The position numbers and the translations under genes were made by a program. A model generated the notes under the pieces. It searched no databases and was not told the DNA's origin. It saw only the letters and a list, made by a program, of their open reading frames with translations. Source: Styela clava (Eukaryota). Taken from it: a DNA stretch of 64,000 nt. Positions 1 to 12,400 of this stretch are shown one piece after another; the first letter of the stretch is position 1; each line of letters starts with the position of its first letter. Where the stretch lies: the NCBI RefSeq assembly GCF_964204865.1, contig NC_135258.1:17088916-17152915 (forward strand), written 5' to 3'.

Positions 1-77
1 GGTGTTGTGTTTTAAGGCTGAGAGCGTCAATGAGCACAAAAACATTGTAATTTAGGTAAAGTATCGACGGTGTGAAA

Positions 78-286
78 CTAATTTTTTAAATTAAATGTAA
101 CTGTCACTGGAAGGTGGTCAGAGCCCGAACGAAGCGCTCGGTTCAAATTTTGATTATACTCGGAGCCATCAGACAGAGATGACATCAACTTCAAAAAACT
201 ACTGACATCCTTCCGGAAATTAGCTTTTTCATCTCCTAAATTTTTGAACAAAATATCCAACGCTCTCAAATGATGTTCTGCTTCTT
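78..286 (-). CDS. EEP-superfamily phosphodiesterase, terminal coding exon (includes stop TAG 78-80); encodes ...LRSGSDHLPVTVTFNLKN with the SDH catalytic motif
   Basis: Acceptor tgtttttcag|AA at 287-288. Phase fits the upstream exon (G|AA gives Glu). Open frame to the stop. SDHLPV is the canonical C-terminal EEP His motif. Confidence 0.55.
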
Positions 287-780
287 CTGAAAAACAAAAA
301 TGCTATGGCAATAAAAAAAAGTTTTATTACTATTTATTTTATTATTTATTATTTATAAAAAGTTTTAAATCATATCGTTCGAATCAAATCGTGAACGATA
401 TAAGTCGATTTCAAAGTCTCTCTATATCTAGACCTCCATTTATTTCAAAAAAATCCGTGGATTCTATGGAAATCGTTTTCGACTTTAAAGGTTTGTGTGA
501 TGATGTCTTCTAAAAAATTGTAATTAGCGCCTCATGCGGCGGTTCCGCTATGGCTAATTAGCGAACCGGATCAGCGAAATCAGAATAAGAAAGATTGTGG
601 GTACCCCAAAAAATTTGATACTACTCTGTTTTGGCCTTCGTTTTGATATATTTAAGTATTGATTTCTTGTTTAAACAAAATATTGAATAGTCTCCGACAA
701 GCTTGCGTCTTGCGAATTGCACTCAAATTTTTAAAATCTGAATACTACATTGGGAAGCCGCATTGGCAATAAATTCTTAC

Positions 781-1018
781 CCCTGTCCCCGGCCAGTATA
801 TTTGGAATAGTGAGGGATTTGAAGTCTACACGGCCACTTTCGATATCATCTTTCCTTGCAAATACTCGATCGAGAAATATCCCGTCGAAAGTTCGATTCA
901 AAGCTTTTGACACATGTGGAGTTGCATAAAAAAGGCTTAATATGTTGTCCGGTACATTCAGGGCCTGTTCAACAAAAATATCCGTGTTATCGTAGGTTAC
1001 CAAAACCAATATTTTCGA
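781..1018 (-). CDS. EEP phosphodiesterase internal exon (SKILVLVTYDNTDIFVEQ...RTFDGIFLDRVFARKDD...ILAGDR)
   Basis: Acceptor cgatgcag|TCG (AG 1019-1020) and donor G|GTAAGA (GT 779-780). Phase 0 in, phase 1 out. The FDGIFLDRVF motif resembles the F-D-R-I-F motif of TDP2-like EEP enzymes. Confidence 0.6.
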
Positions 1019-1562
1019 CTGCATCGAATGAATAAATCCGATAGTTACATTACAGTTAGGATAAATGAAGCATAGAGTTTTTATCGGTATTTAGAATTGA
1101 TGAAATATACTACATGACTGATGGCAACAGATGTAAAAAAATGTAAAGGTTTTATTTATTTTCCGAACATCAAAATTACGTTAGAAAATCAGAGAAGCTT
1201 TTTATTACAAAAACATTTTGCTGTAAATAATATATATATATATTGACTATCTGCAATACAATTACCATAAAGTGCCAATACTGATGTGTTTATATATTTT
1301 AGATGTAAATTAAAACAACATTGACAACTCAAAATACAGAAGTTTTATCAAATGTCAAAATAACGTTTTATGGATAATTGGAGAATGTTACAAATGTAAA
1401 ATTATTATAAATAAGTAATTTAAATTCCTCATTTTTGGCCTCGACAAAAGCTTTTGGGCAAATGTAGTCATTGACTTTGAGTAATGAATGACCTATTCAA
1501 ATCACTCTATATATCATAGCTTACGCTATTCTAAAATAGGATCGCGAAATATATAAACTTAC

Positions 1563-1721
1563 GGTTTTTGCGTCGACATATCCTAGGGAAGTAAGGTATT
1601 GCCATGCCGGATATCCGGTATCAGTGTTGAAATCTCCGGACAAAAATGTCAATGGTTTACCGTGTAAATTTTTCTCATGTTCATTGTATTGTTTTGTTAC
1701 CCATTCTACCATGCGATGTAC
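1563..1721 (-). CDS. EEP phosphodiesterase internal exon (VHRMVEWVTKQYNEHEKNLHGKPLTFLSGDFNTDTGYPAWQYLTSLGYVDAKT), carrying the GDFN catalytic motif
   Basis: Acceptor ttgttttag|GTA (AG 1722-1723). Donor ACC|GTAAGT (RC of plus 1558-1562 cttac). 159 nt, phase 0-0. Confidence 0.75.
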
Positions 1722-1813
1722 CTAAAACAAACATACAAAGGAGGCTTCAGAAAATTGAAAAAGAGAGAGCGAGAGAGAGAGGGATGGTGGGTAGAGAGAT
1801 GGAAAAAACTTAC

Positions 1814-2035
1814 TTGTCTTCTCCTGAGCAACGCATCTTTTAGTTCTGCATTGTGTTGTAAATGACAATTCATTACGGTTATTGGTGGCCCAATCAACGA
1901 TTCCTTTTGATGTGACATTTTTTTCATTCTAAATACCACTCCTAAAGCAAAATTTTTGTTATCAGAAAGAAGAACTTCTTCCGCTGATAATACCACAAAT
2001 TTACTCCTTTTGTAAAACGTTGATATTCCATTTTT
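1814..2035 (-). CDS. EEP phosphodiesterase internal exon (KNGISTFYKRSKFVVLSAEEVLL...GPPITVMNCHLQHNAELKDALLRRRQ), carrying the NxH motif
   Basis: Acceptor tattttcag|AAA (AG 2036-2037). Donor CAA|GTAAGT (RC of plus 1808-1813 acttac). 222 nt, phase 0-0. Confidence 0.75.
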
Positions 2036-2796
2036 CTGAAAATAATTTTTGCATTTTATTTTTATAATCTTATTCGCTTCATCGTTACCAACTGGGCGAA
2101 ATATTTACGCCAATTAAAGCAGACTTATCACATTTGTTTTCATATATACCAAAAACCAATGATGTTTCGTTACAGCCGAAATTGAAAAAACACAGAAAGA
2201 TATTTACAACAATTCAAATTTATCCGCTGGTAAATATCAAATTTATTATAAGTAAAAATAAATAGAATTACATCTATTTGCGAAACTATTTGCGCATTTA
2301 TATAAAACCTAAATATAAATCAAACAAAAATTATCATCATACGAACCACGTAGGTATCACTGCGTTCCACATATTCTTTCCAGTGTTCTTTTCCGTGCGC
2401 TGTGTGAGGTATTTCTGAATATACATCACGGATTGCTCTGGAAATAATTCTGTGAGTGTCATCTTGTGTCTGGATGGATATAAGAAGTTGAAAGTGCAAG
2501 TCAAAATTTGGTTGCAAAGATGTAGAATGTACACGTTTTCCGTAAATTGTTACTCAATAATCCGAAACATTCACCAAGAAATCAAAACTTTTTTTCTGGT
2601 ATTGGATGTTTACAGCGCTTATACAATGTGCAAAATATACTAGAAGTATTGTGAGTCCAACTTGAACAAAAAAAAGACGGATCTGTAATTAAAATTATGA
2701 CATATTTTCCTAAAGTGTATTTGACACAGAGGCAATTTTTTCAGTACCAAGAGATTAGCCAACATACTCAACTTCCCATATTTGCCCGGTACTCAC

Positions 2797-2979
2797 TTCT
2801 TGCAAGGTAACAATGTCAGCATCAATTCTTAATATTTCATGAGCAATCAGCTTCAATCTCATGTTAATATCAAGAAGATTCATGTCTACAATCCCAGTCT
2901 TTTTCAATTTTTCTTCTTCTACCCAAATTGGTGCCAGAACGTTCCACGTTAATATAGAGATTTCGTCTACCTTGTTCAA
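2797..2979 (-). CDS. EEP phosphodiesterase internal exon (NKVDEISILTWNVLAPIWVEEE...RIDADIVTLQE), with WNxLA and catalytic-Glu LQE motifs. It is preceded by an acceptor site, so a 5' exon exists upstream.
   Basis: In-frame upstream sequence is tcttttcatatatatttcag|TTG, with a TGA stop just upstream in frame, so this is an internal exon. Donor GAA|GTGAGT (RC of plus 2791-2796 actcac). 183 nt. Confidence 0.7.
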
Positions 2980-5900
2980 CTGAAATATATATGAAAAGAG
3001 TCATTTTCAACTAGTCTAGGCTCTCTAGAAGAATGGTTCTCAAACTTTTTGGGTGCCCTCTTAAGAAATTGCCATGCCACATTAAAATAACTAGCTAACA
3101 ATAAGCTGGAAAGACGAACGTAGTTTTCTTCAAAACATAGGTAAACATCTAAAATAAAGAAATGTAAATATCCCTAATAAGGCGGGCAAGATCAAATCTA
3201 ACAAACATTTTTCATTTTTAATTGGCTTCCCGCCATCTAAAAAATTTTCTGCGCCATCTCTAAAAATTTGTATGCCCCACCACTTGAGAATCACCGCAAT
3301 CGAATGACGGAGCATAATATGATAAATGGAAGATCGGAACGCTCTCTATATATTATTTCATATTACATGGAAATGTGACGTCATATTACTCGTTTTCAGT
3401 CGCGAGGAGTATAGGGCAATTTTTATATTCTGAAGAACAAGAAGTCTCCCTTGTCTTAGACTTTATCTTGTAACGATAGTGTGCACTTAACTGGGTGATA
3501 GAATTACAAAATATTTAAACATAGGTATTCACGCTGGACTCAAATCATAAGCGTTTTAGAGTGTTAGCCCACGTGACTTCTCTGCAGAAGCCGATCTTGT
3601 GCATATTCTGGTTTTGAGAAAAATTTCACCTAATACCGTCTTCATACGAAGCAAAAAGGTCTAATTGGGGCCTTTTGACGGGTAGTTTAACACATTTTTA
3701 TGGCTTATATAGCAAGTAACCCTGTTTAACCCTAAAACGATTGTAGGGTGATCAACTATATTTTGAATGTCGTGCATTCGGGCAACTACAAATTGATTTG
3801 TCGGGTATTCGACCATGGGGTATCCAATGGAATTGGTGTACGAGTGTACGGTCACTTCCATTACTGAAATTCTTTTTGTCGGTTAAGGTCTAAATGGAAG
3901 CGCCTTCAGATATCTGGACCTATCGTGTTTTATAATTGGTACACCGGATTCTTTCCGACGTGCACAGATGACTAAACTAATGGCCGAAGCTGTTGAAGAA
4001 AGTCGATATCCAATGGCATACTTTTAACTTAATTCTACCTTGTCGTCGTTTAACCACTTATAGGCGTGTGAACATAAAACTAGTAGGAAACTAGTAAAAA
4101 TAGTAGGAAATTTAGTATAATTTTGTAATAATATTTCACTCACTTCGATATTTTTCATGTAATGCGATGACCCATAAGCAAGCAGCATCAGTAGTTGAAA
4201 TCTAAACACGAAATTGTAAACTATAATTGCTATCTTCCAGTATTTTATATCATATAACAAGTTGTTAAATATGAAATTCATATTAACATATAACCCTTAT
4301 TATAGCGCACTGTTTGAAACAAGTTGCTTGGACAAGATAACATTGCATCCCACAAGTGAAAAGCGACAAGGCACGCTGCAGATTTGATCACTGATGTCTG
4401 AGAGAAAATACGATTTTTTGCTCAGCATGTTCACTTCTTTGTACTTAGTTATTTCTGACGTAACGACGCGTTTTGTTCCACTTTCTGGTGTAATGCATAA
4501 CCCATACTCTCGGAAAATATGTGTGGAGCACTATATAGAAAATATTCTAAAAATGCTTCGCAGCGTTCTATGAATATTTTTTAGTATTTTAAAGATTTTA
4601 GTTTACATTTTCCCACTTCCGAACTGTTTGAATAAATTTAAGGTAATATCTAACCCTGACGTTATTGTTGAATATGTGCCAAATGACTTACCTATCTTTG
4701 TTGTTATTGTTTAGCGGTAGCCTCAATGCTTTAGAACGTTTCGATTCATACTTGAAAAAAAAAAAATTTAGTTAACTATGGTTATTACAACTTTTAAATA
4801 TAAACAAATATTCTGATATTTGAACTACCTTTAATCCGCAGACGATATAACTCATCCAAACTATAACAACAGATATCACTGAAAACCTAAAGTTAGAAAC
4901 AAAACAAAATGACGTTAATTTTTGGACCACATTCTAAGTTTATTTTATTGAACTTTTTTTAAAAAGTTTTTAAAGCAACTTTTAATTCAGTTTTCGTAAA
5001 AAAGAAAATTGAGCATATTCTACATCTACATTTTTCTACTTATTTCAGAACATCCCAAAAGTGATCAAAAGATATTGCCAAATTTACCCTTCCAAACAAA
5101 ACAAAATTGAATAAAAAAAATTTCTGGAATATTCAATTTGAAGCTCGTTTCAAATACTCTTACCTCATGCTTTCTGCGCCACAGTTTGCCAGACGTCGCC
5201 AATCTACTCTAATTATATTTAATTAGTACTGTTTATATTAGAACAATTTTCTGCTCTTCTAAATATGAACTATGACACGTTCTAATGAGTGCCTAGCGGC
5301 GAACGTAGATGGATTTGGAAATTACCAAAAACAGAACGCCGTCATTTGTCAATTTTAAAGGATTCTCACGATTAGCATAATGGTATAAAACTGGAACAAG
5401 ACTGAAATTTTAATCACTCATTTCAACTTCCATTTATCTTATACTTAAGTTTCATTTAATACACATCATGCTCTAGAAAATATGTAGACTTCAATCTTTT
5501 GATAATAAATTTATTCTCTCTAACTTATGGTAAAATAAATTTATCTTTCGATCAAAATAGCACGTTTATAGTTATCGATTTTTATCGAAAATTCCGCTGT
5601 CGTTCGTATGCACTTACAGCGCCATTACAACAATACAGTGGGTGTAGTCTCAGTTATTTATATCCGGATGTTGTAATCTAAAGTAATTCGTATTGAGTCA
5701 ATATAACGAGCATGGACACTTCCATTTAGCGATTCATCACTACAATATTATTTTTCAATCATTTCATTTCAATTATTTTTGAACATTTTGCCCAGTTTTG
5801 ATAACAAGTGGATATAAAATGTTTGCAATGCTAACAATATAATGATAGGACCTATGGCAAGTTGTTAAAGTGTTAAAAATTATCATCTTTCACTTAAAAT

Positions 5901-7873
5901 CAAGTTTTAAGAAGCAAATTTCTTTTCGGGCCCATCTATAGTTTACCTTTACTTTAATCGCCATACGGTTTGACTTATCAGAAGTTATCAGAGCAGACTC
6001 GATTGCAAGTACTCATTTTAATATTTCTCCTTTCTGTTGAACTAAGATGTGAAAGTATTTTCGAAATCTTCACACTTTAAAAATATACCTCACATCAACT
6101 TTAGACCCCAGCACTCCCATGTAAATGAGTTAGTTATCTTGAGCGATTTCCCTATTTTATACAGATACGATAATTCTTGACACTATTGATTCGTGAAACA
6201 CAGCTCCGCCTATACTACAGCAACACTATTCATTATGATATTCTAAACCTATGCTGACAGTCAAAATATTTATGTTCATCTTGAGATTCATATTTTCATT
6301 CAAAGTAATAATATTAAATCCGATAAAACGAGAGAGAAGAGAAATAGTAGAGAAACAGAAAAAATCACGAAGAGCTACAGAGATAACTTTGAAAGAGTAT
6401 TCAACAAATGCAATTTTTCATGGAAAAAACATTCAAATTCTTTTAAAACCCAATTGTAATTAAAACGTATTAAACAGCATCAACGTGCGAACTGTAGAAT
6501 ATATTGCGCATTTTTCTGTTTCGTAATATAGTAGCAAAATGAAAAAAATGCACAGATATTTATAGTTTTATGTCGATTTCGATCAAGATAGGCAAATGAT
6601 CTGATCCCATTCGAAAAACACGATTGACATTCGTATCATATTCTGATCCATCTTTCGATATTTCATATAAATTTGAGAAGGATGCAGATTTCAGGCGAAA
6701 ACTGATTACATTGGTATATCCCAGGAGTGAGCAACATTTTTTAGTATAAGAGCCGCATACCGCAAAACAGAAACATGTGAGAGCCGCATAATTTTTGAAA
6801 TTAATAATACTGTATCAGAATACCGTGAAGTGAAAAGAACTTTACACAAACGTATAATGACAATATTGCAAAGTGTATATTCTTCAAACGATTAATGAAT
6901 TAAAAAAACAAAAAATTGTTACGCTACAGTTTCTTTTAGTTTGAATAATATATAATTATTGCCAGCGAGAAGAGCCGCATAAAAACTCCGGCAGGCCGCA
7001 TGTGTCTCGCGGGCCGCGGTTTGCCTACCGTTGGTGTATCCTCTAACTCGACTTCGATGTAGTTTTCTTTATCTAAAAATATTAAATTGAAAATAAAATA
7101 TTTGACTTCAAGTATGAAATTAGGTTTATTGATTTGTTAGGTATTTCAATTTGTCATACAATTTTAGCCATTATGTTTATGGAAATGGAAAGAGGTATTT
7201 ACATATTAGTTTAAATTAAATCACCAATAATTGTTGTATCATTATTTATTCAATGTTCAACTGAAAAGTTTATAAAAACAAATATGCAAATAGATATAAA
7301 TCTTACTTAGAAGATCAGATTTAATATCAGGTATCACGACGGATAAAATTTTGATTAATTCATTTGTCATGTCCGACCCACGTATGAATGTATGATCAAT
7401 AGGAATTTCAGTTCAAACTCCCAAACCAGGAATAAGAAATGGTACGGGATAGAAAAATGTATCCTTTCCAGTTCCAGACTCCTATGAAATACAAAAAGAT
7501 AACTTGTCACATGCTACTCAAGAAAATAAATTTAAAATTATCAACTTAAATTCAATAATATGTTCTCTTTCGAAATGTTAGTAATTTCTCCGGTTTGTTC
7601 AAGAATTATCAGTTTATATAAATATCAATACCAATTGAATTTCATGTTTTGATTCCTTGCATACTTATTATTGCTCTAATTTTTATGATATGTTTTTTAT
7701 TCTAATAACAATTTCCAGTTAATTGTCAAATATGACATGTATGGCAGATTGACCAGGGCGAGCTTCCATTATGTTTTAGATTGATACACTGGTAATTGTT
7801 TTAAATGGAATATTAATTAATATATTGTTACATTTGTATCCGAGACGGTATTACATAGACTCAATTGACTCAC

Positions 7874-9447
7874 CAGTAGAACATCTACATATATGTTGTC
7901 AAGAAAACTTGTGGAAGCAGGTAACTGATTTCCAGTGTTCATGTCTCCCGTAATCATAACGATTGGAATAGAAGTCGGAATCCTAGTTTTGATTCCTGTA
8001 TATATCCTCTTCGCCTCTTTCATCATTACAAGGCTCTTAAAATAAACAGCTTCGAGTTAAAAACAAAAAACAGTGATGTGACTCTGCGTCGTATTAGTAT
8101 CACCGGGATTTCAAATTCATGAATAATTATATTTCCACTTTAATCTTGTAATTGCTACCAGAGTAAGAATTTTACGGGTCAACATTGTGTTGATATATTA
8201 AGTGCTTATTCTATTTCAACACAATGCCGTTCATGACTGATGGACTATTCTACATAGAATGGGGATGGTGACACGCAACAAGAGAAAGAGAGTTTTTGCT
8301 GTTATTCAGGTTACCTGACTGACTCTAACTTTGATCTGATTCGCCGAATACCCAGTTTCCAGAAGACAATTAATAATTATAACTGGGTTTCCTCTTTGCC
8401 TCGGAGATGTTTCTAGTGAATATGCATTTGTTTTTGGCCTCAGAACTGAAGCTAGAGCCACATTTCCAGATGGGCTGGAAACGTATTGTGCCCAACAAGT
8501 GAAAACTTCTTCCATTTGTAAAATATGGCAACTCCGTTTCCTGAGAATAGTAAGCAGGTTATATATACGTGAGTTGGGTGTTAATTTACGATGAGAAGGT
8601 TTGTTTTCATACTCCACGTTCACGAAATATTTCTCCAAAAGTTTCTCAAAACAGAGCCGGGAACCGCGATAAAAGTTGACATAAATACGGGAAAACATAT
8701 TAGCCTCATAAGATACTCTAAATATTCTTCTAAATATTGATAAGTTGATAGCGAACGCTCCAGCTATAGGAGAGAATGGTGTTTTCGCATTACAGGCAAC
8801 AACAATAAAAATATTTGGGCAAAACGACCATAGAACAATTTCCTGAAAAAATCATACTGTCTCTATGAATACAGAAAAAATTCTGTAAAGCACAGCAAAG
8901 ATCTTACAGACCAGTCAGTTCGGTAGATTAAAATATTTTACAACATAGGTTGTGTCGTTAGACAAGTATGATCCCCATAATTATTTTCGTATGGTGCGAA
9001 CGCAACTGGTCTATAATACCGCGGTAGGCCCCCTATTCGTTTTTTGATTTTCAGCCTGGACTTGCAAAAAATTACTATTTGTGACATAAATAAATGAATA
9101 TTAAATCGACAATAGTGTTGTTAAGAGCAGTATTGGCTTCGAAAATAAGCGAAATGGAAGAGACAAGACATATGAAAAGAAAAAAGAGCAAGAAAGAAAT
9201 GAGAGAATGAAATGAAAAAAAAAATAACTACAAGATAAAATAGAAAATAGATAATGATCAACCAAAACTACCTCTTGCAGTGTGACAATATCTGCGTTTT
9301 CGTAATCTCCGAAGAAATTAATTTAAGTCGAATATCATTATTGAGAAAATTCATGTCCCAAAAATTCCCAATCGCCATCATTCCGGGTCTATCTACCCAT
9401 ATTGGTGCTAATATATTCCATGGAAGATGAGATATACTCACAGTATT
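7874..9447 (-). pseudogene. Tandem paralog of the EEP phosphodiesterase gene, likely decaying. Exon homologs at 9272-9447, about 8315-8540 and 7874-8035.
   Basis: Translations parallel the intact copy: NTVSISHLPWNILAPIWV...ENADIVTLQE; ...NPVIIINCLLETGYSANQIKVRVSQ; ...IPIVMITGDMNTGNQLPASTSFLDNIYVDVLL|gtgagt. Exon lengths of 176 and 226 nt give frameshifts against 183 and 222 nt in the intact copy. The NCHL catalytic His is replaced by Leu (NCLL). Donor is weak (GTAGTT). Confidence 0.5.
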
Positions 9448-12400
9448 CTGAATTAGTAAAAATGCGTAATACCCATGCCAAATGGGAATTCATATTATCA
9501 GTGAACGATTTCGAATAGAATTGCATTAATCTATTTCCATTCAAGCAGTGGCAAAACTTCTTGAGACAAAACAAATTCGTTACCCGACAATTATTGTGAT
9601 ATTTATCTTTGCAGTTTTATCAGATATTGACTATGTTCTAACGATAGCTAACAAATACACTTGCTATTTTATGGAAAAAGATAATGTTATTCCTATTTAT
9701 CTCTTAATATTATCTTGTTTAAGTATCATTGTGACAACGAACACATACGGATGCGAAGTAGGAAGTAGATGAAAACAAAAATGACCTGCAGTTCAATGTA
9801 CAATATCTAAGTACTCCATGTAATTTTTCATTATTTACATCGCCTAATCGATTTCCGCATCTACATCAGGCGATGGCATAGTGATTTGAGTTTCGAACTG
9901 CGTTGGGTTGGGGTTTCAATTTAAAGATCTCTGAATAAAAAATCTCATCTTAAGCACATCAACCAGGACGGGTTAAGTAATACCGAACGGGAGAATACTG
10001 GCTTTTCTAGTATCAGTGGTTATTTGGCCAGAGCCTTATGTAAAGTGAAGGTCGAAACGTTTCGCAAAGTAAAATTCTTACCCGTATCGAGTCTTCCGAA
10101 AGACAATGGACGAAAATAAGAGCAAACACTATTAATTACCAAAGGTGACCTGGAAAACGTTTAGAATAGCAACTGACAACAATCATAACATATTCTATCA
10201 GTCATAGTCTGTATCAGTAATACTATTAGGATTGTTGTAAAAATAAATCATTTGCCAGTTGCCATCGGGAATGGATAGGGAGTTAGTCTGACTGATAGTT
10301 ATATATATTTACAAATTTAAACTTATATGAATAATTTGGTAGATACCTAATATTCCATTTTAGGTTCAAAGATAGCCAAAATCGTGAACGGGTGTTTGAA
10401 CTTATCACCACGCACTACCCACGCTACGAATAACAATTCGAAAATAGACTTACCTCATTCTAGCATAAAACTGGAATTTTCTTCCCTATAATATTATAAT
10501 GTATTAGTAATTATCTGAAAAATAATTGATAATACTGGTATATATGTTTCGCTCATAGACGAAGTGGGGCGAATGAGCTCATGCAAGATCCGACGGAGAG
10601 AATGACACAGGCACATAAGACAGGCCATACAATTCGATTTCAGCAAAAAAATAATCCATATTCGTACATCTCTGAAAGCTAAAATCTGCATGAATTCAAA
10701 TTGAATGGGATGTGCCTTAAATAGTTGCTGATAGTCTGCTGCAATAACATCTTATCATTACGTATAATGTACAATGTATATAGTCCCCCTTTTTAAAATA
10801 CCAATTGTTTTTAAATGTTTGTTTACGGTTTGACCTAATTCATTTCGCATTTTCAGCTCTTATTGTGTAGGTAATTACTACACTTCTTGGTGTTATTTAA
10901 AGAGATTTGGCATTAAAATTTATTTGCTATTAAATTTTATGATTAAAGAATCGTAAGGAGAAAACAATGAACTTAATGAATGAACTTAAACGCACGAAGG
11001 TCTGTAGTTTAAAATCAGAATGCGCGTCAAATCGGTCTCGACAACACGGTTTAGTTATCTCATGTATATATGAAAATCTAGTTTTAAGCCATATATGTGT
11101 TTAATTAACAATCTCATATATAAAACACAGCACAACTTAATCTCCCCAAAATTGACGTGAACGCCGGGTTGTTTTATTGATGAATCCAACAGTCGAATGC
11201 CCCACTGTATTTGAGAACAAAATGAAGGTATATAGTCATAGTACATAATGTATCCAATTAAACCAGATTGTTTTGACGTTAAAATATTTCATATTAACGT
11301 GCGTTACTTTCGAGAGAGTCTCTAAGAGTCCGCTAATTATTAAACTATACGAGAATCACACTTTCGCAATATATATAATATATATACATTTGACGTGGAT
11401 TAACTTGTAGATGTTTATGGGACAATGTTTATTTATTTTATTCAAATGCGAGTTTGCACCAGAAACGACAAACAACGCTATAGACAAGCAGCCACTGGTA
11501 CATAACAAGACACTATTTTCGGACGAATTTAAATCTGTGTGCTTGGGGATTGCAACTCAATATATTAAACACTGGGTGATACGGTGGGCATAGGATGCAG
11601 CCATCGGGACTAGCGTTATAATCTTTGAAAATGCCATAACGCTCGCGTATATACTTTCATATGTACAGAGTGAGTGAAAACACCATAGTCAACTGTTCTC
11701 ATGAAAATGTAATCATGCATCTACCCCGGAATAATATCCGGTTAATGCCACTGAAGTTAGATTATTATAAGTTTGGTTAGGTGATTGCCGCACTTTCATT
11801 TGTATATCTTAGTGGGAAATTATTATTAATGAAACAGACAAATATAGATGGTTAAATCATCTAACCTATAAGTTATTCTAACCGAATTATTCTAACCGAA
11901 GAGTTGGCGGAGGGGAGATAACATGATAGTGCACTAATACGTATTGCCCTTCTTTTTGTTTTTTAGCCATAACCTAGACATTGAACATCCGGGCTTCATT
12001 GAGTCAGCTAATATATAAATATGTGGGTGAAAAGGCAACTCTAGAACAATAGCCTCCGTGATCAACACATATTGAATACCGGCAGTTGCGCATATATATT
12101 TAATGAAGTGTTTCAGCATTACTGAAAACTTAGTAAAAAGCAACAATAATCGAATGACAAAGCCAAGAATTTGGCTTTTAAGAATTTAAGTTTGATGCTC
12201 ATCTGTAATTTTAATTACAACTCACACTGGCATTATAATTTGATATCGTTTCTTGTTTAAAATGCCTCTTGTTACTTTCTACTGTCAAATTCATCCCTAT
12301 ATCGATATTGAATTATTTTGTCCAACATAGGCTACCGACATACCACAATCTGTTTTTAAAGTTACCTGCCTAGAGGTTGGAACCTACTGTTACACTTCCT

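Noticed and set aside
1646-1865. Plus-strand ORFs of 65 and 62 aa
   Set aside because: They are antisense to EEP exons 2-3 and their intron, driven by the GA-rich low-complexity tract (gagagagcgagagagagag). Not coding.
269-2979. ORF-track 'M' starts at 269 and 2979
   Set aside because: The underlying codons are TTG, an artefact of the track's alternative-start convention. Both lie inside exons entered through splice acceptors.
7336-7450. Possible terminal (SDH) exon of the paralog (IRGSDMTNELIKIL)
   Set aside because: Only a GSD tripeptide and a 12-nt identity support it. Too weak to annotate.
8306-8698. 130-aa ORF as an independent gene
   Set aside because: It is the read-through of the paralogous EEP exon-2 homolog and its intron flank, part of the pseudogene call.
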